DNA of 64,000 nucleotides, from contig JAUVAV010000004.1 of assembly GCA_030591525.1 (NCBI GenBank), positions 3,307 to 67,306 of the forward strand, read 5' to 3'. The notes under the pieces were generated by a model, which was not told the DNA's origin, made no database searches, and saw nothing but the letters and a program-made list of their open reading frames with translations. The stretch comes from a candidate division FCPU426 bacterium (lineage in GTDB: Bacteria > Oederibacteriota > JAAXVQ01 > JAUVAV01). The position numbers and the translations under genes are program-made. Below, in pieces: positions 9,001 through 14,426 of the stretch. How positions within the stretch are numbered: position 1 is the first letter of the stretch; each line of letters opens with the position of its first letter.

Positions 9001-9275
9001 ACCACGCGGTCCTGGCCCGAGAAAGACTGCGTAACCGTCCCAAGCTTGTCCGGAATTTTAATGGGTTGATTGTTATATTTGATTTGCTGTTTTGCTGACG
9101 CGTAGGAACGTGCTTCAAATGCCCAGGTCATATATGGAAGGACAAAAGTGACTGTAACCAGGAGTGAGATAATCTTCGCCCATACCCTGCGTTGCGGTTT
9201 ATGCCATTCCGACATAGAAGCCATCTGATTTACATCCAGGTCCATACTGCGGTTTTGTTTAAAAAAATCAAACAT
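1..9275 (-). CDS. Giant multidomain protein, partial: at least 3,091 codons with the 3' end beyond the left window edge. It fuses a TM/TraB-GumN-like N-terminal region, class II GAPDH-like, wHTH-like, class 3 FBPase-like, PGK-like and TIM-like domains.
   Basis: The minus-strand start lies at 9275, with ATG at 9273-9275 preceded by AAAGGAG at 9 nt spacing and an AT-rich upstream region. No minus-strand ORF in this frame appears in the ORF track for 9.2 kb, consistent with one open frame lacking an in-window stop. Frame (codons on 3k,3k+1,3k+2) was hand-verified at the N-terminus (MFDFFKQNRSMDL...AKIISLLVTVTFVLPYMTWAF). It was also verified at 8940-9050 (DRVVVCVQDLHCNYEVQ), 6063-6080 (VVSCNTTG), 4911-4980 (EISRIKAMIEALLQVKEKPVH) and 4539-4553 (SDIHGE). 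Further checks at 2551-2570 (FFHLGRPGG), 900-1080, 735 (IAGHSE), 495-512 (IAYEPRWAI), 363-380 (RILYGG) and 195-210 (IGGNWK) were also all in-frame. Plus-strand ORFs across this region are short, low-complexity antisense artefacts. Confidence 0.7.
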   Translation of the reverse strand, partial: MFDFFKQNRSMDLDVNQMASMSEWHKPQRRVWAKIISLLVTVTFVLPYMTWAFEARSYASAKQQIKYNNQPIKIPDKLGTVTQSFSGQDRVVVCVQDLHCNYEVQNNIAGMIDDLAGKHGLNLVTVEGESIPINVSKLADFPLEKVKKDTAHYLMKQGKITGAELYAATGKHPIRLEGIETQALYDDNRKNVMSFLNNESQGYIFDLRETLDELKGNIYNKALAQIDEKKQAFREGDISVLKYSVNMYDYGVRQKLDMKPYSNLARYVSRRQNIFPENVDSDDLFNELDQLDQQLRSRLYTTDDQQIMDIIQHRLDIIEKLVNISAAPKDLVQFRKNPEGFKVGSFLEFISRHDKEGLFMLDAEVYKLDSYLEEVRTFYRVADERSLAFVENVLACMDKQQTKLAMMVTGGYHKEEVLQELERHNISYVCVKPCLCHHDIVNPYFALLRNKRTPLEKLLAQNQNIMGLESSFMHDAGIFNTMMAHLFFQDTTKVGIEEGKINIPELSVFVTEAMANHPEAKPDWDNARMDVETRTVKVPFPALQASLIVRPIGHGISLKALAKHQRVLNGFEFSILDNRSLAGIEAQLMQGRVVQGGMVKVALKATMAQVMPIMAGRAMMAAPSITSAFGGVQSGLSEMMNGPAGMLNRGQKFLDTGVTRALKTVRPALPYLVGTAVIAVGAGLFAFAGLNVWVFGGLVIAGAIVIASPQISQIANTIWNRSLFSSGMSKFTSIMALLALIGMVMTPGTGADTGSREVTSGDVPFSVEQIASRLVIEPKITIRKANRAAFYADVLQEVGTMVAKQGVGYEVEIGEMDEFKKFLEFNKSDPNRAAAFRESGEKGIIRYLHYLTNGMQVEKIYQGKAEFFQMAYNIDGKEILLTFKKSPRVEGGYSALIQPRKRVIINGYGTIGKKVADLYRKCGFEIIGAVNTGSVDEEGRAKPLTYDAIVKGYPLYIANGLEKNLEAAQAAGLPYQGSIIDLLDKLREDGQQAIVVDASTGGKGAPETRTGWINNEEIYKPYAEKNVIEARLWQGGEGPEVAGNRAFSLDTSDFESLKGVESAIVVSCNTTGFNRIYTGIRNAIKAAGLKIKLYIGDIAMRRQNDPGSKSVVDGAEIEISHQESSKAVSEFLGGVPVNVDRVKTSAKGFYIHMATIRGIEDPAEIRDLIMQGSDDSSVTFTPLPGTKLQTSELAALRDSASPKNSIFFKMMPSHIPGEVNVAFGYAMDIKRQEGEDAGIYGCETLLSGLKGHEKITSISDLMYIPGSDFGDQAGGVAQADTHHTREDFEQTITGDYGDILADINMPSSMIPTSHYHVHIMEFDAPGLSPQMVIEALQKQSRMAVIDFPHGVFSISTLFETINSSVAEEILGANHPMIIMAQVRASQIPGRIKIVFAVPQESDVVPDNVNAAHALLGMYSKEESERIVNEAAEISRIKAMIEALLQVKEKPVHVTEAERVLQELISFGEPMSARQVANRLKIPTRSARIVLNRLATESLLSKESQGVAMKVEESKYTTYWFTQNIAEERIIQELGIKAHKDPEMRRKQIKILTREIEKELNEKGTGQIPRILTISDIHGEINKFTNYVSEYLNRACGFEGLLDWKRDVEEQMNEQGLSLKTIKGGIEINLDLPDRADDPVKCFFLALNLKMAAPDKVKLVLGNHDAYKGGAIRAYHLPWFEGFDYKGDRGIETLVENERKMHPEKVDSKEWWAELCSKYEEVQKIFENAVIKDIETEIEGIKNGIADKCETAIKENFQGKTVEAIRGDVKAFMDSKLYEEITADLLPEHIKAWENFAGYFKEIGVSEPYVGLNGIARTSVAWWQEVHDQLVLGYTGRRAEADKNSDEKAQWEMAIWLSAYILEKVSSRSEKAIKGENGEINKALGKDNVWTYQYFEWLNSHAYEDIWNLKDWVFHKGWGGNTFKEINELIAIGFLDEEIVTTENYVKSPILNKIADFYYGQTELYLQNVFGEITPHGWLPVNDGGDFEITYNGRTYKNREILNAFDEMAGIMHDPESKPHEIAAVIRDYVYLFSDMTIRIKPNHIREYIAKYGIASLLKKLGVIILKAGHNPLAKMKKTIERQGIYSVVNIDSSGAPKFGGAGVCFESGADGFVVRGYASKLRTIMQKFPLVTIKGKTFKTEGISREEYLRNTLNHLYGMVETPLEKQMRELKGQYNTLENNAPKGARSVSAVLGLDVSLKTTPQGTIITDDTRIVKSAKSAVALMKKAEQEGYIFFHLGRPGGIYDENKTVAIIMPKIREVFGKAFERAGLDVIIARLPYRLQDVPEILEEQGLEFTPELKQSINEIEKDFLEIEGDLLDRRGVREDYSNEIMRIKESIDDGKTTEKKEAGKLKELEEKYRSAKLDVSKKKLEMDEKRLDLAGVLRDYIVVKNPGKKFFFLFENIRSYSGEGSDYLDIAKAFGKKLVEVTGAVFHVNAAPPDMHRFKNVSLKLGKWFAEKGKYFLAPNVFGDVEKIDTFNRIKGPKLHLFAGKKLDKILIINNLRKNMKNNHRVDDKIKLDGRIGRIVWGIQNNIRGVEEYVMRKEPTKGEAIIAAAKALASDVNLVVLPIDGIKREVHSSEKIKEETIDFYTYSVIGLNIENIKSFEDLDMVMDNGPQTRLMTKKMIGNPIWKGIFINGSPGVFEIEVKKGDIVMPRARHGSQGGTKELTLNLVEAHESGKVFVVEAGGETLAQGFVAVGYKWLTRERIKSIPMILGGGAGMDGLLGLENLDTLEWARKPEASILSKVPVQVVLMAASLVGFIALGGAQFFGIDLGVDLLPAAIPSVPSVAFLLGMVWTRGGEKSAEVTGKPTIAVLAQRVTPEEGAKTGEVTIGDAKEAGATGIIAGHSEARGNLGDTDLDINQQLQAAIAEGLENNILCVGETDEEKLDNYSEKTIRRQVLAGFVGIEGKKVAETIIAYEPRWAIKGSGYGKPAKPKDAQEMAALIRETIARKYGKQVAKQVRILYGGSADASNAKEYLSQKDVDGLLVGGKSISVTDFMPILKIAQEVGPTEGRIPYIGGNWKTYSIKDDYTEFAKAFAKLDTKSVQIGVAPSLAGIHKFVKAVSSVEESVETRTRDKAAAFIKAFS
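3..200 (-). other. Start of a second TIM-like domain, truncated by the window edge.
   Basis: IPYIGGNWKTYS...FAKLDTKSVQIGVAPSLAGIHKF matches the TIM N-terminus (GGNWKmN...vgvaPP) directly after the first TIM-like domain. The protein continues past position 1. Confidence 0.4.
195..890 (-). other. Triosephosphate isomerase-like domain of the giant protein.
   Basis: GAKTGEVTIGDAKEAGATGIIAGHSEARGNLGDTD corresponds to GAfTGEiS...viiGHSERR. ILCVGETDEEK corresponds to CIGEt.eeRE. IAYEPRWAIKGSGYGKPA corresponds to AYEPVWAIGTGk.A, with catalytic Glu and His present. VRILYGGSADASNAKEY corresponds to iiYGGSV, and DVDGLLVGGKSI corresponds to DiDGaLVGGASL. Four of these motifs were checked in frame. The N-terminal NWK Lys motif appears degenerate (ALGGAQFFG). 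Confidence 0.75.
1090..2680 (-). other. Phosphoglycerate kinase-like domain of the giant protein, with a ~110-aa charged coiled-coil-like insertion.
   Basis: TIITDDTRIVKSAKSAVALMKK...IFFHLGRPGG matches the PGK N-terminus (kItDDtRI...SHLGRPkG). FFFLFENIRSYSGE...VFHVNAAPPDMHR matches LLLENvRFhpgEE...YVNDAFGtAHRAH. MIGNPIWKGIFINGSPGVFE matches vvWNGPmGVFE. ILGGGAGMDGLLG matches ISTGGGAsLElLeGK. The insertion EIEKDFLEIEGDLL...KLKELEEKYRSAKLD lies at about 2120-2450. Confidence 0.65.
2700..4750 (-). other. Class 3 (Firmicute Fbp-type, metallophosphoesterase-fold) fructose-1,6-bisphosphatase-like domain of the giant protein.
   Basis: The segment ILTISDIHGEINKF...LDLPDRADDPVK...LVLGNHDAYKGG carries the DxH...GD...GNHD calcineurin-like motifs in the order and spacing of B. 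subtilis Fbp (SDLHGEY...GDIYDRGP...WGNHDVLW). Later, GEITPHGWLPVNDGGDFEITYNGRTYKNREILNAFDE matches LIHGCIPVDENGNME...GRELLDVFE, and ILKAGHNPLAK matches GHIINGHTPVK. Confidence 0.6.
4780..4930 (-). other. Winged-helix (HTH)-like segment embedded in the giant protein.
   Basis: The segment reads VHVTEAERVLQELISFGEPMSARQVANRLKIPTRSARIVLNRLATESLLSKE, with MarR/ArsR-like helix-turn-helix spacing. It was assigned by eye only. Confidence 0.3.
5000..6575 (-). other. Archaeal-type (class II) glyceraldehyde-3-phosphate dehydrogenase-like domain of the giant protein.
   Basis: The translation gives IINGYGTIGKKVADL (NAD-binding GxGxxG) ... AIVVSCNTTGFNRIYTGI (type II GAPDH active-site Cys motif SCNTTG, in frame at 6063-6080). 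It continues with IAMRRQNDPGS ... IPTSHYHVHIMEF ... IKIVFAVPQESDVVPDNVNAAHALL, which matches the type II GAPDH C-terminal region VHQESDVIPENIDAIRA. Confidence 0.65.
7040..7300 (-). other. Internal cluster of 2-3 transmembrane helices within the giant protein.
   Basis: The translated segments PYLVGTAVIAVGAGLFAFAGLNVWVFGGLVIAGAIVIASP and FTSIMALLALIGMVMTPG are strongly hydrophobic. Confidence 0.5.
7960..9000 (-). other. N-terminal ~350 aa domain of the giant protein, possibly TraB/GumN/Tiki-like.
   Basis: It contains ...GQDRVVVCVQDLHCNYEVQNNIAGM... and later ...AMMVTGGYHKEEVLQEL... The GxxH and GGxH-like motifs are reminiscent of the TraB/PrgY/GumN superfamily. This assignment is weak and by motif only. 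Confidence 0.25.
9125..9190 (-). other. N-terminal transmembrane helix of the giant protein (AKIISLLVTVTFVLPYMTWAF).
   Basis: This is a hydrophobic 21-residue stretch about 30 aa after the start, read directly from the reverse complement. Confidence 0.55.
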
Positions 9276-9540
9276 TTTGGTTTTGCTCCTTTCAGCATTT
9301 GAACAAATTTTTTAATACATAAAATATTTTCAATTTTCGAAAGTATATCAGACAATTTGCGCAATGTCAAATTACGAAATAAAAAAAATATTACTATTTA
9401 TGCGTAAAATCCCTTGTGTTGCATTATGAAACGTATTATGCTGTTTTTATTTATTTTTTTCTGATGAGATTAGGTGAGGGTGCGATTTTAAGTCAAAAAG
9501 GGAGGGGAATACTTGAATTCTGGACTAAATGCTCAAGCTC
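9276..9540 (-). promoter_or_regulatory. Putative promoter/5' UTR of the giant gene.
   Basis: A 260-bp AT-rich intergenic stretch immediately upstream of the RBS AAAGGAG carries multiple TATAAT/TTGACA-like hexamers. No specific box was assigned. Confidence 0.3.
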
Positions 9541-10062
9541 CTAGAAGTCTGTCAGACTTAAGTCTTTTTTTATCCAGGTTTCCAGAAAAACCTTGGCCTG
9601 GTCATAAATGCCGGGATTCTGGCTCTCACGCGGACCCGCGATATTCAAGACCTGTATTTTGTGTCTTATGATCCACTGCCGTATGATCTCCGGATCGCAG
9701 GAACAGTCCAGGTCAAGAATCAGGCAGGGCTTGTTTAAACGCCTGGCCAGGGCCGCGGTCAGAGCCGTTCCTCCGCTTACTTTTCCCCGCTTTAAAACCA
9801 GGGTTCCATCCGAATCCCTGACATTCCATCTGGTCCGCTTTGAGTAATCGTCATCCGGCGTTGCCCGGAGAGGATACTTTCCGGGTATGCGCCCGTCTTC
9901 CGCGCTCCGGCCCCGGGGACACCAGCCTCCACATGATATCTTCATATTTAAAGCTGCATCCAAGGCAGCCCGGTCCACGCCGGTTTGTCCGCCCGAGACT
10001 ATCTTGAGCGGCCTTTCTGGATTGTTATTCTTAGGCATAGATTTAGGTTCCGATCTGTCCAT
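9541..10062 (-). CDS. SLOG-fold / putative molybdenum-carrier (PF12694-like) family protein.
   Basis: It carries the motif KIVSGGQTGVDRAALDAALN, typical of the MoCo-carrier/YpsA-like SLOG Rossmann proteins. Confidence 0.45.
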   Translation of the reverse strand: MDRSEPKSMPKNNNPERPLKIVSGGQTGVDRAALDAALNMKISCGGWCPRGRSAEDGRIPGKYPLRATPDDDYSKRTRWNVRDSDGTLVLKRGKVSGGTALTAALARRLNKPCLILDLDCSCDPEIIRQWIIRHKIQVLNIAGPRESQNPGIYDQAKVFLETWIKKDLSLTDF

Positions 10063-10092
10063 GGGAGCCTGAGCAATTAGTTGCTCAAGCTC

Positions 10093-11046
10093 CTAGTCTT
10101 TAAAAGGACGCCGGCGGGCGAAATCCGGTTTATAATGGCTTGGTCCGGCTGTTTCCTGGACCCAGCCGTGTTCCAGGCCCAAGCGCTCCATCTCTTCCAC
10201 TACTTCGCCGTACTCCTCCGGGCTTAGGTACCGCCCCAGGTCCGGATCACAGGCTACGGCGGGAATTGGCGAGTACTGCGACATCAAGGATATATGAACC
10301 CCGGGCGAGAGCTCTTCCGCGACGAACCTGAGAACCCGCTTGCTGTTCTCCACTTGCCCGGGCAGAACCAGGTGGCGGACAATCAGCCCGGACTCGATTA
10401 CGCCTGTTGGGTCGAGCTTCAAGCCGGGCCCTTTTTGACGGAACATCTCCTGCAAGGCCCGGGAAGCAACTTCCGGATAATCCGGCGCATCCGAGAGGCG
10501 GGCGGCCAGAGCCGTATCCAGGTATTTCAAATCCGGCAAGTATACCTGCACCCGGTCTTCCAGCGCAGCGATACGCTCCGCTTTATCATAGGCATTGGTA
10601 TTCATCACAAAAACCGGATTCCGGCCGCGCTCTTTCAGACCCTGCATAAGCATTTCCATTTGAGGGAGAACATGAGAAGGAGAAACAAACCCTACGCACT
10701 TTACGCCTGATTCCATTATCTTTTCGATTTGACGTATGGTTTGCTCCAGAGTGAGTTTCCGGCTGAGAACGGTTTCCCGGTTGCGGCTAATCTGGTAGTT
10801 CTGGCAATATACACACTGGAGGTTGCAGCGGCTGAAAAATATGTTACAGATCCCGCTCTTTCCGGTCAATACCGGCTCTTCGCCGCGGTGAAGGCAGATA
10901 GAGGCTATCTCAAACCCGGCCCCGGTCTGGCAATACCCGTAAGACCCGTGGAACCGGTCAACCCGGCATTCACGGGGACAGCAAACGCAGTTTGACAGAC
11001 ACGCCAGGTATTCAGCCGATGGTCCGGGAGAGCGTTCGCTAATCAT
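10093..11046 (-). CDS. Radical SAM protein of the PflA-like / AmmeMemoRadiSam type.
   Basis: The canonical CNLQCVYCQN (CxxxCxxC) is present, plus an N-terminal extra Cys cluster CLSNCVCCPRECRV...YCQT. Confidence 0.6.
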   Translation of the reverse strand: MISERSPGPSAEYLACLSNCVCCPRECRVDRFHGSYGYCQTGAGFEIASICLHRGEEPVLTGKSGICNIFFSRCNLQCVYCQNYQISRNRETVLSRKLTLEQTIRQIEKIMESGVKCVGFVSPSHVLPQMEMLMQGLKERGRNPVFVMNTNAYDKAERIAALEDRVQVYLPDLKYLDTALAARLSDAPDYPEVASRALQEMFRQKGPGLKLDPTGVIESGLIVRHLVLPGQVENSKRVLRFVAEELSPGVHISLMSQYSPIPAVACDPDLGRYLSPEEYGEVVEEMERLGLEHGWVQETAGPSHYKPDFARRRPFKD

Positions 11047-11067
11047 GTAAACGGCTGAAGGCCGTTG

Positions 11068-11445
11068 TCAGCTAACTGCCTGCCCGAGAATCTCCTTTAC
11101 TTTATCGAGGAGTTCGTCCGGGTCAAAGGGCTTGATAATGTAATCATCGCCCCCGGCCGCAAATCCCCGCTGGGCGTCTCCGGGATTGCCCAGAGCGGTT
11201 AAAAATATAACTTTAATACCCTTGTTTTGAGGGTGGTTTTTCAACTCCATGCATACCTCATACCCGTTCATGCCGGGCATCATGATATCCAGCACTATCA
11301 GATCGGGACGCCGGTCCTCTACCTGCTCCAGGGCGTCAAAACCGCTGCTGGCGGTCCTCACTTGATATCCTTCCACAGACAAACTCATTTTCACCATTCG
11401 GGCAATGGCCGGCTCGTCGTCAACTACCAGTATGTCTTTGTTCAT
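11068..11445 (-). CDS. Stand-alone response regulator (CheY-like REC domain).
   Basis: The sequence ILVVDDEPAIARMV...DLIVLDIMMPGMNGYEV...IIKPF carries the conserved Asp and Lys signature. Confidence 0.8.
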   Translation of the reverse strand: MNKDILVVDDEPAIARMVKMSLSVEGYQVRTASSGFDALEQVEDRRPDLIVLDIMMPGMNGYEVCMELKNHPQNKGIKVIFLTALGNPGDAQRGFAAGGDDYIIKPFDPDELLDKVKEILGQAVS

Positions 11446-11689
11446 TAGTTGTTACTCCCTGTTTCTAAAAAATTCCCACAATTTACATTACCAGCAACGT
11501 TCAATTAAAAAATCACTTGAGCTTTTTATCAACTTTTAATTAATTATATATGCCTTATTTTAAATTGTAAAACAATTTCTAATATAATAATGGTATTTAT
11601 TTGAAAAGTTCTGCCAAAATTGGTATTTTGTTCCTGTTGCGGAAAGCCCTTTTTAACGGTATTCTCATACTTGGTCATTCCAAGCGCCC

Positions 11690-11790
11690 TGAACCAAACC
11701 ATTCAGGACCGGCAGCCTAGGAATCTCTAAAACCCCTGCTTTTCCCTGGACTAAACCATCCCCTGGACAAAATCATCCAGGACCGGCAGG
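11690..11790. repeat. Repeated motif CCTGGACAAAAYCATCCAGGACYGGCAG upstream of the HhH-GPD gene.
   Basis: The copy at 11746-11790 is duplicated locally (ccctggactaaaccatcc, caggaccggcagcc). Other copies lie at 26470-26506 (+) and 12638-12667 (reverse complement). Confidence 0.5.
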
Positions 11791-11812
11791 ACAACTTAAA
11801 GGAGCCGAGACA

Positions 11813-12418
11813 ATGGCAAGTCCTGAGTCTCTGATCAAAGATTTTGGAAAAACCTATTCTTCTTCTCTGGGTATTGATTTGAAAAGCGGAAAGGAAGAAG
11901 AGATATTCAAGTGGTTCTTAGCCTCGATTTTATTTGGCAAGCGCATCTCAGCTGAAATCGCCGCCAAGACGTATAAAGAATTCGAGGCTAAGGGCATTCT
12001 TTCAGCGGAAAAGATTCTTGAAACAGGTTGGGATGGATTAGTGGCGATTCTGGATACCGGCGGCTATGTCCGATACGACTTTTCCACGGCCACTAAACTG
12101 CTTGAGCTGGCAAAAAAATTAAACGAAAGTTATGGGGCCTTAACCGAAATGCATCATCAGGCAAAGGATTCCGGGGATTTGGAGAAAAGGTTGATGGCAT
12201 TCAAAGGCATTGGTCCGGTTACGACAAATATCTTTTTAAGAGAATTAAGAACCGTCTGGCCTAAATCCGATCCCGCGCCCGGTGATTTAGTTAAACAGGC
12301 GGCGAGGGGCGCAAAAATCAACCTTGATCATTTTATCCGAAAAAGTGATAAATTCATAAAATTAGAAGCCGCTCTGATTAGAATTCACAGGATGTATAAA
12401 GGGACAAAAAATAAATAA
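11813..12418 (+). CDS. HhH-GPD superfamily protein, a putative DNA glycosylase of MagIII/EndoIII-like type.
   Basis: A helix-hairpin-helix Gly-rich loop FKGIGPVTTNIFLREL is followed by SDPAPGD, giving the GPD Asp spacing. The length is about 200 aa. Confidence 0.4.
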   Translation: MASPESLIKDFGKTYSSSLGIDLKSGKEEEIFKWFLASILFGKRISAEIAAKTYKEFEAKGILSAEKILETGWDGLVAILDTGGYVRYDFSTATKLLELAKKLNESYGALTEMHHQAKDSGDLEKRLMAFKGIGPVTTNIFLRELRTVWPKSDPAPGDLVKQAARGAKINLDHFIRKSDKFIKLEAALIRIHRMYKGTKNK

Positions 12419-12761
12419 GATCACCTTTTAAGTTTTATAATTACCAGCCCGCTTAATTATTCCCTATTGATTATTATTTAGTATATTCCCAGAAGCTTGA
12501 GCAATTAGTTGCTTTTTGTCATTCCCGCCTCAAGGAGACTGTGTCATAACAGGAATTTTCGCGATTTTATGTTTTTGATCGTCACTCCGGTGAAAACCGG
12601 AGTCCAGAAAAGCCTCCAAATGCCACATTCATGGATACCGGCCTGTCCTGGATGGTTTAGTCCAGGGCTTTCGCCGGTATGACGGCTTACTCATAAATTT
12701 CCGCGTTGCGACACAGCCTCTTCAAAATGGGAAGAGCTCTTAAAAAAGGGAGAATATGCCT

Positions 12762-13415
12762 TTATTCCTTTGCGGCGCTGACGCGCTTATCCAGCAAGTA
12801 CATGAAAGATTTAACCAGTTTTCCTGCACGCGCCGCCGCATCGGGAAGAATAGTTATATCATAATCAGACGGCCGGCCGATAATCGGAGCTATAAACATG
12901 GGCCCTACTGCCACGGCTTGATCGCGATCCGCCTTAACCTTGATCTCTATCGTGCTGGCCTCGTCTTCATCGCTCTCCGCATCCTCGGCTTCCAGATCCC
13001 TGATCCGGTAGATCGGATGCGCTTTGGCCGTTACGCGCGTCCGTGCCCCGTACTTTCTCAGCTTTACTTCCAACAGAAAACCATAATCCTCGTCCACCAA
13101 CTCAACTTCTTCTTCGCTGATAATCTCCTCGGGCAGAACACTGTCATCCGTGGTTTCCGCTTCCTGTAAGTGCTTGGTTTTCCGGTATTCGCCCAAGGCC
13201 AGATATAAGTCATCGGTCATCACTTGCTGAACCATCTCCAGGGTCCGGGGTTCGCTTACAGGTATTACGCGTTGCGACTGACTTTTTCTCAATACCTGCT
13301 TGGAGGAGACCTTCTTATCCTTTACCCATTTGTAAATCCTCGGCTTGGCCTGCGCGCCGGCGACCCAACTCAGAAAGAACACAAACACCAGACTTAATAT
13401 CCATAAACGTTTCAT
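12762..13415 (-). CDS. Secreted hypothetical protein with a signal peptide and an acidic Asp/Glu-rich region.
   Basis: The N-terminal signal MKRLWILSLVFVFFLSWVAGAQA is followed by the acidic tract EEIISEEEVELVDEDY. Confidence 0.5.
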   Translation of the reverse strand: MKRLWILSLVFVFFLSWVAGAQAKPRIYKWVKDKKVSSKQVLRKSQSQRVIPVSEPRTLEMVQQVMTDDLYLALGEYRKTKHLQEAETTDDSVLPEEIISEEEVELVDEDYGFLLEVKLRKYGARTRVTAKAHPIYRIRDLEAEDAESDEDEASTIEIKVKADRDQAVAVGPMFIAPIIGRPSDYDITILPDAAARAGKLVKSFMYLLDKRVSAAKE

Positions 13416-13466
13416 CGTCTTCCTCCTTTTTTTAATGTTGGGCGGACATGGAAGTCCCGCCCATGG

Positions 13467-14339
13467 TTATTCAGTCAATATCTTCAAAATTTCATTATAT
13501 TTATCCGCCGTATTCCTCACCACATCCTCGGGCAGTTCCGGACCGGGCGGAATTTTATCCCATCCCGAAAGCATGAGCCAGTCCCTGACATACTGTTTAT
13601 CATATGCCGGCTGGCCTTGACCTGCCTGGTATGATTTTTTCGGCCAGAAGCGGGAGGAATCCGGGGTTAAAACTTCATCTATCAATATCAGCCGGTCTGA
13701 ATGCCGGCCGAATTCGAACTTGGTATCCGCAATAATTATGCCCCGGGAAAGAGCATACTCCGATGCTGCCTGATATATCCGCAAGCTCAGGTCGCGCACC
13801 TGCTCAGCTGTCTCGCGGCCCAACAATTCAATTGCCTCGGGGAACGTGATGTTCTCGTCATGCGCTCCCATCTCGGCCTTGGTGGAAGGCGTAAATATGG
13901 GTGTTGGCAATTTATCCGACTCTTTTAAGTCCGGTGGAAGTTCTTCCCCGCAGATCCAGCCCGTAGCCTGGTATTCCTTCCATCCGGATCCGGAAAGATA
14001 CCCGCGAACAATGGCTTCCACGGGCAAGGGATCGGCTTTAAGAACCCGCATGCTGCGTGGTTCCAGTTCAGCCAATACCTTGGGATCAGATATTAAATCA
14101 TTTAGGGCACGGGAAGATAGCTGGTTGGGAATGATATCTTTAAAGCGTTCAAACCAGAAGCTGGATAATTCAGTCAAAACCGCGCCTTTTCCCGGAATAA
14201 GCGTAGGCAGCACCACATCAAAAGCCGAGATCCGGTCCGAGGCTACCAGCAGAAGATCATCCCCTGCCTGGTAAATGTCTCTGACTTTTCCCTGCTTTAG
14301 CAGTTTGAGTCCGGGAATATCAAGCATTGGTGAGAGCAA
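13467..14339 (-). CDS. purC: Phosphoribosylaminoimidazole-succinocarboxamide (SAICAR) synthase.
   Basis: LKLLKQGKVRDIYQAGDDLLLVASDRISAFDVVLPTLIPGKGAVLTELSSFWFE is the classic PurC N-terminus, and the protein is 290 aa. Confidence 0.85.
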   Translation of the reverse strand: MLSPMLDIPGLKLLKQGKVRDIYQAGDDLLLVASDRISAFDVVLPTLIPGKGAVLTELSSFWFERFKDIIPNQLSSRALNDLISDPKVLAELEPRSMRVLKADPLPVEAIVRGYLSGSGWKEYQATGWICGEELPPDLKESDKLPTPIFTPSTKAEMGAHDENITFPEAIELLGRETAEQVRDLSLRIYQAASEYALSRGIIIADTKFEFGRHSDRLILIDEVLTPDSSRFWPKKSYQAGQGQPAYDKQYVRDWLMLSGWDKIPPGPELPEDVVRNTADKYNEILKILTE

Positions 14340-14426
14340 TGGACTGTTCCCCTTTGTGGCAAAAACGCCATAAAAAATCAGCGTAAGGGCGGGTTTAAAA
14401 CCCGCCCCTACAACACAAATCCACCC

